Source: Podarcis bocagei | Lineage: Eukaryota | DNA: 64,000 bases | Strand: one strand, 5' to 3' | NCBI GenBank assembly: GCA_964188305.1 | Contig: OZ076903.1 | Shown here: in pieces, positions 60,617-64,000 of the stretch | Numbering within the stretch: the first letter of the stretch is position 1 | Layout of the letters: each line of letters begins with the position of its first letter | Position numbers and translations under genes: made by a program | The notes under the pieces: generated by a model | Database searches by the model: none | Seen by the model: the letters and a program-made list of their open reading frames with translations, nothing else | What the model was told of the DNA's origin: nothing

Positions 60617-60787
60617 AACACCGTTTACCTTCCTGCCGGAGCAGTGCCTATTTATCTACTTGCACTTTGATGTACTTTCGAACTCCTAGGTTGGCAGGAG
60701 CAGGGACCGGGCAATGGGAGCTCACCCCGTTGTGGGGATTCGAACCCCCGACCTTCTGATCGGCAAGTCCTAGGCTCTGTGGTTTAA
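60617..60787 (-). mobile_element. Sauria SINE 5' half; 3' half missing
   Basis: Homologous to the other copies; abuts LTR-like sequence. Confidence 0.85.
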
Positions 60788-63142
60788 GAGTTGTTAGGAG
60801 ACCCCAATTCCCTTCCCAAAGATACAATTGCCAGAGTTCTCTGTGAAGAGGAATTGACTCTGAGAATTGTAGCTCTTCTCTGCGAGTGCAGGACAACTGG
60901 TTAATGGGATAGGAGTTTACCTCTGGGTCCAAAGCGCTGAAGGTAGCAGTGGGTGCAATAAGGTTTGTCATCATGCTGTGAAAGTAAAATAGAAGAAGGA
61001 TTAGTCCTCCCAGATTTGCTAAGGGCACTTACATGTTGCTAATGCCGTGCAGGCTATTGTACAAGACACACCCTGATGCGAAAGTTGCTGCCTGCCCCCA
61101 TGGGGACTTGCTGGAAGGTGATAGGATCCTGGTTACCAGTTGTTGATGGCCAGTGGCTGCTCAAACCCACCTGGGCTGGAAGAATGCTTTTAGTATCTGA
61201 TTGCCAGCAACAGAGGGTCAAAGCAGCTCAAGCCTGGGAACTGTTCCAGCAATATTGCTAAGCCGCAGGAAATTGTGGGATACTGGGGAGGTAGACTGAT
61301 ATGGTTGGGACTAATTATACCAGGGCACATGCGTGATTTGCGTCGGCTTGGCCTGTACATTTGTGAATAAATAGCTAGTTATAAAAGGCACCATAACTCC
61401 TCACTAGACTGCAACAGGCTGCCCTTGCAACTTCCTATCGCGTGGGTGGGAAACAATATGCAAAGTTGCTTAGGAATGGGCATACCAGCCTATTTCGAGC
61501 TTATGTCATTTTCCTATGTGTTGATTCATAAGTCTGTTCCATCCCGTTTCTGCATTAATCTGCACTTTTTTAAATAATAAAATCCACACTTAAATCCATA
61601 TTTCATCTCAGTGTATGCATTTCTAAATGCATTTTATAGTAAAATATGCATTTTAATATCTTTTTTTAAAAAAACAACTGCGAAAAGCATCACAAGATTT
61701 GGAGGGGTGCACAATCTGAAGGATAATTACGTTCTGATCTGCACACTAGTCCAGGAGGTGCGGATCAGGTGAGTTCACACTGGAATTCACAGAAATTTAA
61801 TTCCTCAGGCATCCCTAGATGTATCAGATGTGAAGGCAGGAGCGAAATTAACACGGAACAGGTGAATCCCTGGTGATTTAAGAAAGGCTTTATGAAAGAT
61901 GTTGATTTAGAGCCGAGATTTAAAGCCGAGAGAGAAAAGATGTCAAGCTGAATGTTATCCAAAGTTCAGCAGTTTTCTGCATGGGAGCTTCTGACAGTGA
62001 CAGCGATAATATAAAATGGAACTGTGTCCGTGCTTCTGCTGCCTTGAAGGATATCTTCGGGAGAAGGGAAAGGTAAGGAGGAAACCCTACACAGATGGTG
62101 TCCCTAAGATGGTTGGATGGTATTGTGTACACCTCCTTCCTGCCACTCCTGCAGCCAAGCTGGTGCCAATGTATTGTATTGCTCTGCTTTCCTTTGGACA
62201 ACATCAGCGAAGCGGAGAGGGAATTCTTGCTGTCTTTGCAGCCCAGGACCTCCATACACATTGCCCAGGCTTGCACACCATGGAAGGTCACTTTGGAGCT
62301 GCTAACACAGTGGTTTGACTTCACCTCCAGAGGTGCACTCCATTGTCTCTTGAGATGGACAGTGCGCCTTTTACACCGGTCTCTAATTGGTAGATCCTTT
62401 CTGGTTTTGGTTTCTGTTTTACTAGAACCCTGCAAGCCTAAAGTCTGCTATAGACAAAATAGGCTGTTGCTCTGGTTCTGTTTTAGGCAACTCCCTACGT
62501 TCTTATAAATCAATTTAATTGAAAATGTTACATATAAGATATACATTGCATATAGAATTATTTTTCTCCCTTTCAATAACTCAATGCCCGCTGAAAATTG
62601 CTTTGCAAGTTTGGATTGCCTGTTGTTACCCCAGAAATGTTTAAATCCAGCCAGGTCATTTTCTCCTTGAAGCCTAACTATTAACCTTAAGCCAGGTGCT
62701 AATAGAAAATTATTTATAGCGTCTGCACAAGGTATATGCAGTAGGACCCTTCTAACAGTCAATGAGTAGAAGAGAAAGCCCCCTACCTTTTTATATTATT
62801 AATGTCCCCCCCCAATCATTCAAAACATACCTTGACTCTAAAGCTATTACAATGCATGCCATTATGCCTCCCCCAAATGTTCCTGTTAATGGGATTTAAA
62901 CTCTGGCAAAGATGTGGGTGTGATCATGCAGAGTAAAACACATGGCTGTTACACAGGAGGGCAGGATGAGGGTTTAATGGCAGAATGGAGTGTGGGAAGC
63001 TCTCACAGCCTTCACTGAGAGATCATCGTTAATAACTTGCCATTATTCCATACTTCGCTTTGCTTTTTATTCAAAGAAGGGCTTGTTCTGCACTAGGGAC
63101 AGGGAAGAAATGTGATACAGGTCACATTTAAAGCTTAACCTA

Positions 63143-63455
63143 CAGACCCTCCAAGTGTTCCTATTTTCTCTAATTTAGAGAAGCCATCCCAGTTTCTGAT
63201 TTGATCCTGGAATGTCCCGCTTTTCCTTAGGACACCCCTATTTTCATTGGAGAGATGTTGGAGGGTGTGGAGTTATCCAACCCCCGAGCCATCTGAAGGC
63301 AATCCTGTATAGGATTTATTTTATTTTTATTATGTTTTTATATTTGTTGGAAGCTGCTCAGAGTGGCTGGGGCAGCCCAGTAAGATGTGTGGGGTATAAA
63401 TATCATTATGGAATGGGACGTCCCTAATTTCATCGGAGAAATGTTGGAGGGCATG
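63143..63455. mobile_element. Composite MITE (CAGACCCTCCAA / TTGGAGGGCATG) with a 6-bp TSD, containing an L2 tail
   Basis: TSD AACCTA; internal L2 3' end at ~63291-63408. Confidence 0.7.
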
Positions 63456-64000
63456 AACCTATTAAGTTTGCACTTGATAGGCATCCTTTGAAATTTGCAC
63501 TTATCCAGATTTTGTGGTGCGGTTCTCCAGCCAGCGAAGGCTGCATATATTAGGGGAATGTGCACATGAAAATGAATATATCAGGGAAAGTTGCATTATG
63601 TTGCATTATATTAGGAGGAGTTGCTTGCAAAATTGCATTTATCAAAACTGCATACCAAAATGTTTATTAGGAGAATATTGAAATGAAAATGCTGGTGAAC
63701 GTCCATGATTTTTTCTTAAATTGCAACTTGCTATGGAAGTATGGAAAACTACAGTTAAGATATGGAAAAATGTGAAACCGAGAGAACCAAGATTGACAGG
63801 TCCTTTCATCCCTAGTCTGCACTTAGCATGGCCAATGATGACATCAGAAATGTTCTTTGGGTACCTGCAGAGCAACCCCACTCAGAGGTCAGCCTGTTCT
63901 CCAAAGCTGGAACGCCTTGGGGCAGCCTAACTTGGATGCTCATTGACAGGTCACGCTCTGTTCACTAGAATGGTACCTCCACCGACAGCATGTAGCAGTC

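Noticed and set aside
61920-62508. 171-aa and 137-aa ORFs as exons of a neighbouring gene such as RNF38
   Set aside because: No recognisable protein similarity or splice context; the sequence looks like a degraded retroelement.

Overview
Vertebrate genomic DNA, not prokaryotic. The repeat complement (Sauria/Squam1, Squam2 and Squam3 SINEs, BovB, CR1, L2, Penelope) points to a squamate reptile, probably a lacertid lizard. Positions 394-25.9k carry the MELK kinase gene on the minus strand. I traced a non-coding exon 1 in a CpG-island promoter with CDE/CHR-like, E2F-like and ETS motifs, plus 15 coding exons (2-16) with canonical GT-AG borders. Joined, they give an uninterrupted 1665-nt frame (555 codons). 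The exons for the C-terminal KA1 domain lie beyond the left edge of the window. The remaining ~38 kb is upstream intergenic DNA with no second host gene that I can support. It holds many short transposons, often nested and with readable target-site duplications (TSDs), and several repeat-free blocks that may be conserved non-coding elements. The most unusual object is an 899-bp hAT-type element (27704-28602, perfect 8-bp TSD) about 1.8 kb upstream of the MELK promoter. It has a doubled left end and a doubled right subterminal block. Its cargo looks like a captured CpG-island promoter, 5'UTR and Kozak ATG, and it points toward MELK. Also notable are a small family of elements with 6-bp TSDs and a Tc1/mariner MITE filled with tandem GC-rich palindromes. 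Repeat family names and exon-size comparisons come from recall, not from database searches.
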